Assembly: GCF_947568905.1 (NCBI RefSeq) | Contig: NC_079167.1 | Span: 15,996,001 to 16,060,000, forward strand | DNA length: 64,000 bases | Reading direction: 5' to 3' | From: Ostrea edulis | Taxonomy: Eukaryota | Shown: positions 1 to 12,193 of the stretch, piece by piece | Position numbering within the stretch: position 1 is the first letter of the stretch | Layout: each line of letters begins with the position of its first letter | Made by a program: the position numbers and the translations under genes | Notes under the pieces: generated by a model | What the model saw: the letters and a program-made list of their open reading frames with translations, nothing else | What the model was told of the DNA's origin: nothing | Database searches by the model: none

Positions 1-897
1 CAATAGATCTCAGGTGGAGTGACATCTGCAGACACTGTGGTCTGGGGCTACCCCAGAGAGGTGTTTTGATAACAATAACAGCCAGTATCTACAGGCATTC
101 TTTCGATCTTGAGGAAGCCCAGTATACCTGAGTTTTGATATCAATGACCTGCGCACAACTGCTATTTTCTTGTAATTCAATTGTTTTTAAAAAGGCCCCT
201 GAACAATGCAATTTCAATATCATTGTAATTTTTCCCCTCTATATACCTGTACATGTTTTATAAATTACACAATCAGAAATCAAACAATAATTTGCACAAT
301 AAGTTTTGAATACTTGTAACCTATTGAAATAATTTGTGTCATCAATTTATGATACCTCTATATTTATAACAGAAATTATTCATTGAGTCAATGACAGAGA
401 GAGAGAAAGAGGGGTGGGTGTAGAATGTGTGTCAGCTACCCTTAGGAATACAACCATTATTCAAACACTATGACCACAGAAACTCTGCAGAGGTCCCCGA
501 AACAGGTCCTGTGTATATCAAAACTATAAAAAAAGCATGGACAGGTAGATTTCTACCATGTTCTGCCTCTGTGTATTTCTTTGAGTGCCATGAGATATAG
601 CAATTAACACCTTGGTAGACCCTGGCCACTCCAGGTAAATAACATCTGTTTAGATTAGGCTCCGCCTACATTTTCACTGACCGTACGGTCATGAGATGGG
701 TCTTTAATTTTGCGTAATCATCAATGTTTGACCTTTGGCATCATGGACAAAAATTGAATTGTTTCAAAACTCTATGTTGTACGTTTATAATCTCGTATGT
801 GACCATATGTATTCTGGTGTTCCTTCAAGATTTTGGAGCAATAGTTATCTTATGTATTTCTTTGTCATGTCTAACGCAAGTACCATTTGTATAATAG

Positions 898-3800
898 AGT
901 GGATGCTTCAGAAGTACGCCAAGGAGTGTCCAAATATCGTTCGACTTTATGGGAATTCTCTGGAACACAAAGTCTTCCCAACACTTGGTAAACATTTTTC
1001 AAAAAGGGCTTCCGCAAGAGAATACAGACCGGATCCAGAGCTGAAGGACATATCAGTGCATAATCTGATGCGGTTAGAAGATAAACCGCTCTCTGAGGAA
1101 ATACGAAGGTTCGACGAATTGTTTCGCAAATACGAGGCAGGGGAATACGAACCAACTTTGGGAGACTTAAAGAAGTACAGACGCCTAACAAGCGAAGCAT
1201 CACAGATGGAAGTCAAGCAGCATCATGTTATTTTCTGCACAACGGCAGTTGCGGCAAGTCCAAGATTGATAAAAGCTTGCAGTGGTAACATTCAGCAGCT
1301 TATCATAGATGAAGCAGGAATGTGCACTGAACCAGAGAGCCTTGCTGCCATTATCGCAACCAAAGCAAAGCAAGTAGTTTTGATTGGTGACCACATGCAG
1401 CTCCAGCCGGTGTTGAAATCTAAATACGCAGCAGAACTAGGTCTAGAAAAGTCTTTATTTGAAAGATACTCAAATCGAGCAAATATGCTTCGAATTCAAT
1501 ATCGTATGGTACGTATATTTCAAGTAATGCCAAACAAATTATTTCGGAATAAACCTTTTTTTTTAAATTGGGAGACATGCACAAAAGTATTACATGTTCT
1601 TTCCAGCATCCAGGAATATGCGAGTTTCCATCAAATCAATTTTACGAAGGTAAACTTCGGACAGAGTCTTCTCCGAAGTGGGACATCCCGAACCCTTTGA
1701 ATATATGGATCAACAGAGAGAAGATACCAATTGTTTTTTGCCATGTGGAAGGCGAAGAAGAATATTTAACAGTATCCACTGAGGAAGGGAATGAACAATC
1801 TTGTAGCAATAAACACGAAGTAAACAAAGTGGTGAGTAGATCCAAATTCATGCAGTTAACTTAAAATGAATTTTTAGTTCCTAAACAGGGATAATACGCC
1901 GATTTCAATATACGTTCGAATTATTTCCCTTTCAAGAACTCTCGTACATAGAAGGCGCGAAACAACTTGTTTACATGCGGGAGTGGGACGAATATTCATC
2001 ACTGCATAAGTGAATGTGCTCAGTAAGTTTCTCATACGCTGTTCCATCACCCGAATTCAACTGATACACAAACTAAGTAAATGATAAGTATTTAGGGAGT
2101 AATTAAAGACGTGGAATTCTTATTATATCACGCAATTTCGTTGGTCGTAGGTATAATATCCAGGATATTACTTTCAAATATGACATTGTTTTTATGTTTC
2201 TACTTTAGTACTTTCGATAGTATTTGTATTTCCTGCATTTCAATATTTAAAGAGAAGCCCCTTTTAATATATGTTATCGTCTTCCTCATTGACTGTAGAT
2301 TCACTCTGTCCCACTCAGGCATTCAAAGTTCTACTAAATGTACCACCTACACAGGATTGCTCTTATCTCTAAACTGGTGTATGAAATGTTTTACTAGTAA
2401 ATGCACATAGAAAACAGTAAAACAAAGATAAATGTACAGGCAATCCAAAATGACAGACTTGATAGAAGTATGAAGTTTTATACCCATGAAAGGTTATTTT
2501 GCTCATATTCGAGATTCCATTAGCTCTTAGTGTAGTACTAAACAGTCCTCTGCTAACAGTCGCTGACTGATCTTCATGACAGCACATATCTGTGATTAAG
2601 CACACCTTGTTGAATTTATCATCTAAAAACCTATGACAGAACGTGTCTTCTGCCGACAGCATGAGGATTCTCCAAAGTTAGCTACTGCCACAGTTACACG
2701 AACAAATCGAAAGGAAATGATAAAATTTTAATCTTTTTTTTAAGACCTAATACATTTGACGTATAACCCTTAAAGTTTCCACTTCACATATGTGATGGTT
2801 TTTTGATGGTTTTTGTAGTTGTCTTTGAGTTATGAGACTAAAATTTCTTTATACTTCTTCTGTTTAGGTTTTATGCCCTTCCACCATGAAATGGCTGGGG
2901 CATATAGTAGTGTTACCCCTTTTCATCCTTCCATCATTCTGACATTTCATCATAATTCAATTATCTCTGCTGTGGATGCACATATTGGAATGAAATTTTG
3001 TATTTAGATACATCATGAGAATATCCAGGCCAAGGTACTGTTTGGTTGTGGTTGAATATTTTTTGACTGAATTTTACCTCCTTGGACTTATGAAATTTAA
3101 AACAATTCATAGTTTCCACTCATTATCTCAGTACCATACTTTGGGCATTTTGAATTGAAATTCAGGATTGGGTTCGTCACAAGAAAACACAGATCAAGAT
3201 CGTATTTGGGTCAGATGAATAAAAATTTGACTGTTATTTATGCCCCATGGACGTAAAATATTTCAAACAATATTCAGTTTCCTCTCATTATTTCAGTGAT
3301 AGTCACTGTGATACATGTTCATTTTAAATTGAAATTTGAAATATAGATTAATTATAGTATATCTTGAGAATATGCTGGTCAAGTTACCATATGGTTCTAG
3401 ATAAGATACTTTTGGCAGAGCTCCTTGGACGTAGAATATTTTGACATTTTTAAATGAAATATGGGATATAGCCATAGACATGTCCTGAAAATATGAAGGT
3501 TAAGTTCGTATTTGGTTCTGGTAGAATAATTTTTTCCAAGAATTTGAGGCACGAGGACTTTAAAAATTCAAACAGTTTAACAGTTTCCGCTCTTTATCTC
3601 AGTCATACATGTATACTGTAAACGCATTATATTTGGCGTGTACGATATTTGGCGGAAATCGTTTTTTGAACAAGTTAGCGTAGATTTGATTTAGCGCATT
3701 CCTGAATTACTTTAAACATCTAGATTTACGGATGGCATTTAGCGATGTACTTGATTTAGCGGAAGCTGCGTTCCGCCAAAGGCGCTAGATAGAATACACA

Positions 3801-6338
3801 GCCAAATGTAATACATTTACAGTATTTTAGATAGAAATTTGGGATATAGATATATCGTGAGAATACGCAGGCTAAGTACCTATACAGGTCCGGTCGGATA
3901 ACGTTTAGCAGAGTTATCGTCCCTAGTCGGGAGCATTCGTGTTGCTCCAACACGTCTAGTTTTAATAGGTAAAAGCGACTTATAACTACTGAAAATCAAA
4001 TAGAACTGGTATGATATAGGCCTTCACTCCAATCTGTAGCTTTAGTAACAATGAAATTGTATATTTACACAAGGTTAATCAAGAATAAATTTTCAGGTCA
4101 AGGTATTGAAGCATTTGATACAGCATGAAAAACTTGACTTAAATGACAAAGAGAATCTGAATATAATGTCCCAGTACAACGCTCAGTGTCATCAGATCCG
4201 AGCGGCCGTGTCCAAAATAGCGGAGGGAATTAATGTGAACACAGTGGTGGCCAGTCAGGGTAAGCATGGCCGCACTGTTTATGAATATATACCCCTGTTC
4301 ACTATAAAACAAAATGGGTTGTAGTTGTAAACCAACACTTTACTCAGTACAAAAACTTATTTTCTGTCAGGTGGAGAGTGGAACTACGTCATTTTCAGTA
4401 CAGTTCGGTCTTTGCCGCGCTATCGCATAGAAAATAACCCCACCTTGGGATGGTGCAAAAAGAGCCTTGGATTCATTTCTGATGGACATCAAATAAACGT
4501 CGCTCTGACCAGGGCAAGAAGGGGACTAATTATTATAGGTTTGTATTGTTGTTTAGTGGAGCCTGTCAACAAGTGTCCCCAAGAGTTTGAACCAACATTT
4601 TTTTAGTAATGATAACTGATAAAGCCATATAGAGGTATCTAGCGAGATATTTTCATTGATTGAAGCATGGGGGTTGTGTTTATGATCGATCTTTTTTTAA
4701 AGAATTTGTGTTTTGGTAAGTTGTCTCTTTGTCTTACATCTATAAACAATAATAAAATATGCTAATCAAGCTATTGTTTTTATCCGATTTTAATTAAAAT
4801 ACTCGTGTGTGTACCGTAATGTGAATATAGAGAAACATAATTCAACACAAAGGTACTTGTACAATGTTTATTTAATCGGTCATTGAAATATTCCAAAATG
4901 CCACTCCTTCATTTCTACCGAAAAGAGTGCTTTTTATACAGCCAAATGAAAGGTGAAGATAACGAATGGTGATCAATCTCATAACTCCTATACAAGGCAC
5001 ACATACAGAATTCTGCGTGTTGTTTGTTTTTTTTTAAATTTCGATACCTTAGAATATAACTCTGAGTTGAGGTGGGATGTAGTAACATGCCCTTTTGTTC
5101 GTTTGTTTGTGTGTCCATTTTGTAGTGTGTAAAATATTTCTTCGTAGATTTCTTGCCCGATTTTTGTCAAACTTGCAGTAAAGATACCTTGCAAATTTTA
5201 CTACCTACAATTCTTCAAGGATAAATGTAACAAGGTCACTTATGCTACATGTAAAGAGATGGAAATTTTGCCAAATTTTTAAGATGCATTTTTTTCCATC
5301 CAAATTTTGTCAATCCTACAGGAATTATCCTTTAAATAATGTCCTTTGTTTTTATGAATGTTTAAGTGTGTAGGTCAAGAACATGAAGAGAAATTCCAAA
5401 AATTTTGTGTGTGCAAGATTAAGTTACAAGTCGTATTCAAATTTTATCTCGCTTTTCAAGAATGAAACCTTATATAAAGCTATGGGTCCATATTGATTTT
5501 CAAAAAGAAATGTAAAAATCAAGATCATTGGAAGGGATCGTAAAAATACCTTGTTTAATAGTTTAATACGCCAAAATCTTGGCTTCTATTGGTTTTCAAA
5601 AACCATAGTCAGTGGAATGGAAATTCTAATTAAATTCACGGTTTGTTACAAAATTTCATATGACGAGGGGATGGTCTGCTATGCAGAGCCCTTGTCATAG
5701 TTTGGATAGTTCTAGGCCAGATGTGTGAACTTTTCTGGTTATTTTTGTAATGTGTCTATATCTGGCTTCAACTTTCCCTTGCTTCGAACATCAAGACTAT
5801 GTGTGTTTTCCAAACCTTTTAATTTTTTTTTTACATGAATTGCTGTTACCTTTTGCAACAATATTTCTTTCAGATTTTTTTTTTTCATTTATTTTTGGCA
5901 CTTTTACATTATAGGTTATGAATTAGAAAATGAAGTTTCAATAAATTTCCTTCATTTAATTAATATTTAACAATTCTAAAAAATAAAAAATAAACTGTCA
6001 TTTAATATATATGGCATTTTGTTACAGGAAACAAAAATCTACTGTCTTGTGATTCTGTGTGGAAAAATCTTATTAATCATTACGCTAGACTGGGCTGTGT
6101 TGTGGATGAAACGGAAGATTTTCCCACAGTTTCACGGGATGGAAGATTTCCTAAAAGATCGCAATGTCAAAGGTTTCCCAAATCGGCTGAATCTCATCAA
6201 TCGACGTCTAGGAGAAAAGCGAGTCAGAAACAAAGGGGGGTTGAAAATGAAGATGATTTTTACAAAGGAACAGACCAAGAAGAGGATATGCACCTTCGAC
6301 AGTTGCAACAAGAGTATATTTTATATTCTCGAGATTAG
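898..6338 (+). CDS. HELZ2-like: HELZ2-like paralog A, 3' part only (C-terminal Upf1-like SF1 helicase); exons 898-1508, 1607-1831, 4097-4259, 4371-4538, 6028-6338; the upstream exons lie before the window
   Basis: All exons are bounded by AG/GT with consistent phases. The spliced product has Walker B LIIDEAG, GDHMQLQP, QYRMHP, TVVASQGGEWNY and NVALTRAR, and exon sizes (611/225/163/168 nt) match paralog B. The stop is at 6338. Confidence 0.88.
2868..3590. mobile_element. Probable non-autonomous Helentron/HINE-like repeat in an intron of paralog A
   Basis: It begins with a ttttatgccc...gggcatatag short inverted motif followed by degenerate internal repeats, like other copies in the window. The family call is from recalled similarity. 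Confidence 0.35.
3614..3824. mobile_element. MITE with TACTGTAAA terminal inverted repeats
   Basis: tactgtaaa at 3614 and tttacagta ending at 3824; about 210 bp with no ORF. Confidence 0.65.
4946..4993 (-). mobile_element. Short 3'-terminal fragment of the Penelope-like element
   Basis: atgaaaggtgaagataacga...ctcataactcctat matches the reverse complement of the 3' end of the element ending at 12193. Confidence 0.75.
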
Positions 6339-6477
6339 CTTTGATCTGTGATATATTATTTGCCTGTAAATTTTTGTTGAATAGAAAATGTTGAAGTATT
6401 TTTCTTATTTTGTAATGAATGAAGTACCGGTACATGTCACATAGAAGAATTATAAAACGTATCTCATCTATTTACAT

Positions 6478-6624
6478 ATGATTTACCAGTACATATAATG
6501 ATTTACCGGTACATGCATGTTATGATTTACCGGTACATGTAATGATTTACCGGTATACATGTATGTAAATTTTTAGTGGTACATGTAATGATTTACCGGC
6601 ACATGCAATGATTTACCGGTACAC
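6478..6624. repeat. Short tandem repeat, ~20-bp unit atgatttaccggtacatgta, ~6 imperfect copies
   Basis: Directly visible just downstream of the paralog A stop codon. Confidence 0.8.
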
Positions 6625-7461
6625 TGTATATGTAATAATTTCCTTATATATTAAAGTGGATTGTGTTCATTAATGCATGATATGTTGGTTTGTACAAAAT
6701 TTGTTACTGTATTCTCAGTAGTTGCCGAGATCTTAGATCTATGATATGTTTTTTGATTATGTCGATTATGTAAAACATAATTAAAAGTATTAAAAAATGT
6801 TTCAAGGATTATTTTACCAATGTAATGATTTTTCTTGGTATATGATATTGAAATATAGGTAAATCGATACGCAATTTCCGAGTTACCCAATAGTTTTTCC
6901 CCATTATGGAACTCTTATGCACAGTGAGATGCAAAACATACTTTCGTCCACACGCAGTGGGTACAAATGCTTATTGCTGCCTTCATATATGCCTAAAGGC
7001 CGATTATCAAACATAACTTTTATCCTTATTTACATAGCTAGTCTATAATATATGTATACATCTTGTACATAAACAAGCGTTCAACAGAATGCTGAACGTA
7101 CCTCCGTCACAGAAGAGCTGATATCTCGGAAGTTGCGTATTAAATCTTTACAGATATTGTTTATCTGTGTTGAAAGACACCACCTCTCCCATTCCAATTG
7201 TTTTGTATGTCAATTGATTATTTAAAATTATCTATTGAACATCGGCGTTGATAACGATTGACCTTGTTTCAGGATCTCAGTTTTTGTCATTTGTATAGAA
7301 ATACAAATGAATTCAATGAAAGAGTTATGTACTTTTGTTATATTCTCAAAGATTATATAATACAAGGGGGAAATGTTGAAAAACAACTTGTCAAACCAAT
7401 GCTGCCCACTGTTTGAAAAATGACTGTCAGGCAAACGAAAACGATGTTCTAAAACAAATCA

Positions 7462-7645
7462 ATGAAGGTGAAGATAACGAACAGTAATCAATCTAATAAC
7501 TCCTAAAAGCAATACAAAATAGGGAGTTGAGCAAACACGGATCCCTGGACACAACAGGTGGGATCAGGTGTTTAAGGAGTAATCATCCCCTGTCGATCAG
7601 TCACACCCGCCGTGAGCCCTATATCTTGATCAGGTAAACGGAGTT
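7462..7645 (-). mobile_element. PLE 3'-end fragment
   Basis: About 180 nt similar to the reverse complement of 12010-12193. Confidence 0.8.
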
Positions 7646-9106
7646 GTGAAACATGATAACATTTATGTTTAAAGCGTAGATGTGTGTCAGTTATCCTATT
7701 TGGAACCTCGCAAAACTTTACCCCATTGGGGGCCTCAAGTTTTGTTGCCAATCTCTGACTTGGTTAGGCACACGATAGCTTGTGTTTTGCACGCGTTCGG
7801 CTTTACGTATACACGGGATTTAGTAAACGTAAATTGTAGAGCGGATCTCAGTTTTTTCATTTTGTTCAAAATTGAAGGAGCCATTCTTCATTTTAACTGC
7901 AACAAGGAAAATACCAAAAGGGCGAGGAACAACAATGAAGTATTCGGTCCTTCCAAAGAACCAGACCATCATTCTCTGTCAACTGGCAATATTGTGTCAA
8001 TGATTGACTATGCAAAAGTCGCAAAACACATAGTGCAACAGCAAGCTGTCCAAGGACAGCTGCTCCAGCTGTCAGGACATTTAATCCAGGCCTCAGTGAC
8101 TACCGAAAACAATACACAGGGGAGCTTGTAGGAGACTCCTACCTTAGCGTTATTAACATTGACACGTGGAGCACATAGTCCGGGAGCTACCAATGTATTA
8201 TATGGGCTACAACCTCTCTCTTCCATGGGTGTCTGCAACATCTCTGATGTTGGTTCTATTTTAGATGTTGCTTTTTCAGTTGGGTCAGTGGGGTCTCAGT
8301 CTTTGAAATTGTTAGATGCTGTACCAGTGCGATTTCTGTAAAATTGAAAAATAAGATTTGGTAAAATGAGTTTGTCGTTTTGCGCTCCAATCTTCCTTAT
8401 CAATCTAAGGAACCTCTCTTTATTACCATCAAACCAGGCGAAATTGATGTTGAGCACACACCTAAAACAAAACACCCCTCAGAATTAGTCAGTGGGCTGA
8501 TTCATTTTTAATTTTCACCAGTATCTACTAACAGAAGAATCCCCAGGAGGCTTGTGATCTTCTCAAGTATTGTTTTTCGGTTAGGGAGATGAATTGTATG
8601 TATGTTGACCCAGTTTGGAGGGCCTATGATGAGAAAAGGGGTCTTATAGAATCACACACCTGCCTTTGGAGAAATCAGAATTGCAACCATGAGCATTAGG
8701 GTTTCTGGGAAGTCATCTACCCAGACATATGAAAAACAGAATTCTTTTCGTCCCTTCTCTTGTAAAATATGTTTCGCTTATAACAGAGGATAACGATGTG
8801 CATCGAACCTCTGTAAATATGCACACATCTGTCAAGAATGTACAGACAGACACCCAAAGTCCAAATGTTTCCAAAGGGAAAGAAACATTTCAAAGGAGGC
8901 ACCATGCAAAAGCAGTTTACCAACACCAATAAACCCTATAAACCTTCAAAGTTAGCTCCAAGGATACCCTATTAAGAAAATTGAATTTTTTGGTACACTG
9001 TACAAGGTGTTGCTCATGATTTTCGTTTAGACGACATTAGCTCGCCAGACACTCATGAACCTCACAATCATAAATCTACATTACAACACCCTGAAGTGAT
9101 CGAAGA

Positions 9107-9264
9107 ATGAAAGGTGAAGATAACGAACAGTGATCAACCTCATAACTCCTATAATACAAAATAGAGAGTTGGGGAAACACGGACTCCTGAATACACCAGA
9201 GGTGGGATGTGTCTAGGAGGGGTAAGCACCCCTGTCGATTGGTCACACCCGCCGTGAGCCCTAT
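9107..9264 (-). mobile_element. PLE 3'-end fragment forming the inverted left terminus of the cassette inserted in the DIRS relic
   Basis: It starts atgaaaggtgaag, the reverse complement of cttcacctttcat at 12181-12193. Confidence 0.8.
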
Positions 9265-9843
9265 GTCACAATCATTTTTGAGGTTTGTTTTGATGCAAAA
9301 ACTCGTATTGACCCTCATTTCTTTTATCCTTTGAAGCACCTCAATTTCGTTGTCAGGGTTGATTTGGTTTCAATAGCGAGTTCCCATATAAAGCGATGTC
9401 CAGTCTTACTCAGGGAGCGCACGATTTTCCTGCAACCGGTGTTCCACAGTGCTATGAAGGGGTAGATTAATTTTTCGTGATAACTGAATCTCCGGTCAGG
9501 GTTTCCGTGTGTGGCTGCATGGATTTGTAGCGAAGGTCTGGCGGTGGAAGCCTGGAGGTTGTATGATGACCTTAACTTATGGTATATATATGCAGGGAGC
9601 TGAATGGTGGACACCTGGTAGGTTTCTTTGTGGCTGCATGGAATTGTTGCGGAGGTCTGGTGGTGGAAACCTAGTGGATGATAGTAACCCGAGGGCGTAT
9701 ATCTAACGCTAGGCCGAGGCCGGATGATCTTAACTCATGGCATATATCTATATATATATATATTGCTATATTTAGTTCTTGGCTATATTTAGCTCTAAAA
9801 CTTCATAGTTATTTCGGATTTCAAACATTTCGGTTGAGCATCA

Positions 9844-9884
9844 CTGAAGAGACATTATTTGTCGAAATGCGCATCTGGTGCATC
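9844..9884 (+). ncRNA. Type I hammerhead ribozyme-like motif (PLE/retrozyme associated)
   Basis: CTGAAGA, stem II GACA-ttatt-TGTC, GAAA, stem III ATGCGC-atctg-GTGCAT, then cleavage-site C. The 3' strand of stem I falls in the N gap and cannot be checked. Confidence 0.6.
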
Positions 9885-9885
9885 A

Positions 9886-10034
9886 NNNNNNNNNNNNNNN
9901 NNNNNNNNNNNNNNNNNNNNNNNNNNNNNNNNNNNNNNNNNNNNNNNNNNNNNNNNNNNNNNNNNNNNNNNNNNNNNNNNNNNNNNNNNNNNNNNNNNNN
10001 NNNNNNNNNNNNNNNNNNNNNNNNNNNNNNNNNN
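9886..10034. other. Assembly gap; other gaps at 18134-18346 and 27015-27174
   Basis: Runs of N. Confidence 1.
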
Positions 10035-10126
10035 ACAGTACACAAAGTTAAAAATTTAACGCAAGCGCTTTCATTTTATAATCCTCAGGCGTACCGGACA
10101 CTGTGATTTTTTTAAAAACACAATTT

Positions 10127-10184
<58 letters not shown>

Positions 10185-10429
10185 CACTAAAATGCATCAC
10201 TCAGCATCCAAAGTGTCGGATCTAGTAGTAGATACGAGGTCAAATAAAAAAAAGGATATAAAAAGCATTAAAAATGACCAACGACACGAACAACAGCTAA
10301 TTGTCAAATTTTCGGGACGACCTGTCCCTTCAGGACGATAGAATATTTGCATAGAAAAGAAAACTAAATAGAAAAGGAAACTAAAACTACAACTAAACTA
10401 CAAAAGCTGATAACAAACAAACAAAATTC

Positions 10430-12193
10430 TGTCGAAGATTATGCCAGACGATGGGCTAAATATGAAAAAGAACTTGATACATTGTCAGAATGGATTAAAT
10501 GTATAAGTGGAATATCTAAATCCCGCATTAGACACATCATAACAAAAGTATGTATCATTTATCCAGAAGTGATAAAAGAATTAGATAAGTTACATGAGGA
10601 ATATGATTTGGTTCCAGCTGACAATGCTTGTAACAACATTGTATTTCTTTGTAAGGCTTATTATTACAACTGTATTCTAAACGAACTTGGCATTAATTCT
10701 ACTTTTGGTAACCGTACTTATACGCCAACTGTCCATTCAAAAGATGAAATTCTTCAAAACCATGCTTCAGTTTTAGACACATTTAATATCCCAGTCAATG
10801 GGTCGAATGAATATGAGTTACCGTACTTATACTAATAATATCCTTTATTTACTGGATTCCTAAAGTTCATAAAACCCTTATAAAGAAAGATACATCGCTG
10901 GATCCAGAAAATGTTCTACCAAGCCCCTATCTTCGCTCTTCACGAAAATATTAACAGCTGTGAAGGAGAAACTTCAAACGTACTGTGGCACTACATATGC
11001 CAGAGGTAATGTAAATCAAATGTGGATTTTTAAAAATTCTAAAAAACTTTTATTAAACTTGAAATCACAAAACCTTTATCAAATCAACAACATCAAAACG
11101 TATGACTTTTCAACACTTTACACGACTATTCTTCACGATGAATTAAAGATTAGACTTTTTGACATCAGAGACAGTTGCTTCTTCAACAAAAAATGGAAAA
11201 CCGAACTATTCATATCTAGTGATCAGTCATAAAAATTACTTTGCTAAACACCGCTCGGATTCCACGTACAAGTACTCTGAAGCTGAAATGAAAAATATTG
11301 TGGAGTTCCTCATTGACAATATTTTCGTAGTCTTTGGTGATCAGGTCTTCCAACAGTCTGTTGGAATTCCTATGGGTACGAATTGTGCTCCTTTGTTAGC
11401 TGACCTGTTTAAATTCTTACGAAGCAGAATTTATTCAAAATCTTCTACGTAAGAAGAAAAAATCTCTTGCAGTGCGGTTTAATTCGGCATTTAGATATAT
11501 CGACGACGTTTTATCCATAAACAATAATAATTTTCATTCATATGTCGATTCGATATATCCCCGAGAACTCGAAATAACAGACAACACAGAGTCGTCCACC
11601 TTTGCTTCATACTTAGTCATTTTTTAAAATTGGAAATGGATAATAATGGCAAACTAAAAACTCAACTTTATGATAGATGGGATTATTTCAACTTCTCCAT
11701 CGTCAACTTCCCATATTTATGTAGCAATATTCCATTATCACATACATATCGGGTTTATATCTCTCAACTGATTCGATACGCAAGAGCTTGTTCCGAGTAT
11801 GATCAGTTTTTATATCGAGGCAGACTACTGACAAACAAGTTGATGGTGTAGGAGTTTTAACAATCTCGTTTAAAGTCAGCATTTCCCGAATTCTATGGTC
11901 GTTAAAACGATCTAGTTTGCCAATACAACCTATTATTGGGTCAAATGCTGTCTGAAGTGTTTCATACCGATTGTTAGGCCGTTCTTTGCACCCTGATTTT
12001 GACTACGGATAACTCCGTTTACCTGATCAAGATATAGGACTTACGACAGGTGTGACCGGTCGACAGAGGATGCTTACTCCTCCTAGACACCTGATCCCAC
12101 CACTGGTATATTCAGGGGTACATGTTTGTCCAATTCTTTTGTATTGCTTATGAGTTATGAGATTGATCACTGTTCATTATCTTCACCTTTCAT
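10430..12193 (+). mobile_element. Penelope-like retroelement, 5'-truncated and frameshifted reverse transcriptase with no C-terminal endonuclease (Naiad/Chlamys-like layout)
   Basis: Fragments LVPADNACNNIVFLCKAYY, IKTYDFSTLYTT, GIPMGTNCAPLLADLF, FRYIDDVLSINN (~11490) and YISQLIRYARACS, followed by the 3' tail shared with many copies in the window. The subclade call is inference. Confidence 0.85.

Noticed and set aside
735-897. N-terminal part of ORF 735..1700 and its tail after 1508
   Set aside because: These are intron read-through. Homology to the paralogs starts at the AG at 896-897 and ends at the GT at 1509.
9678-10106. ORFs spanning N runs (also 18112..18498 and 26912..27278)
   Set aside because: They are artefacts of translating assembly gaps.
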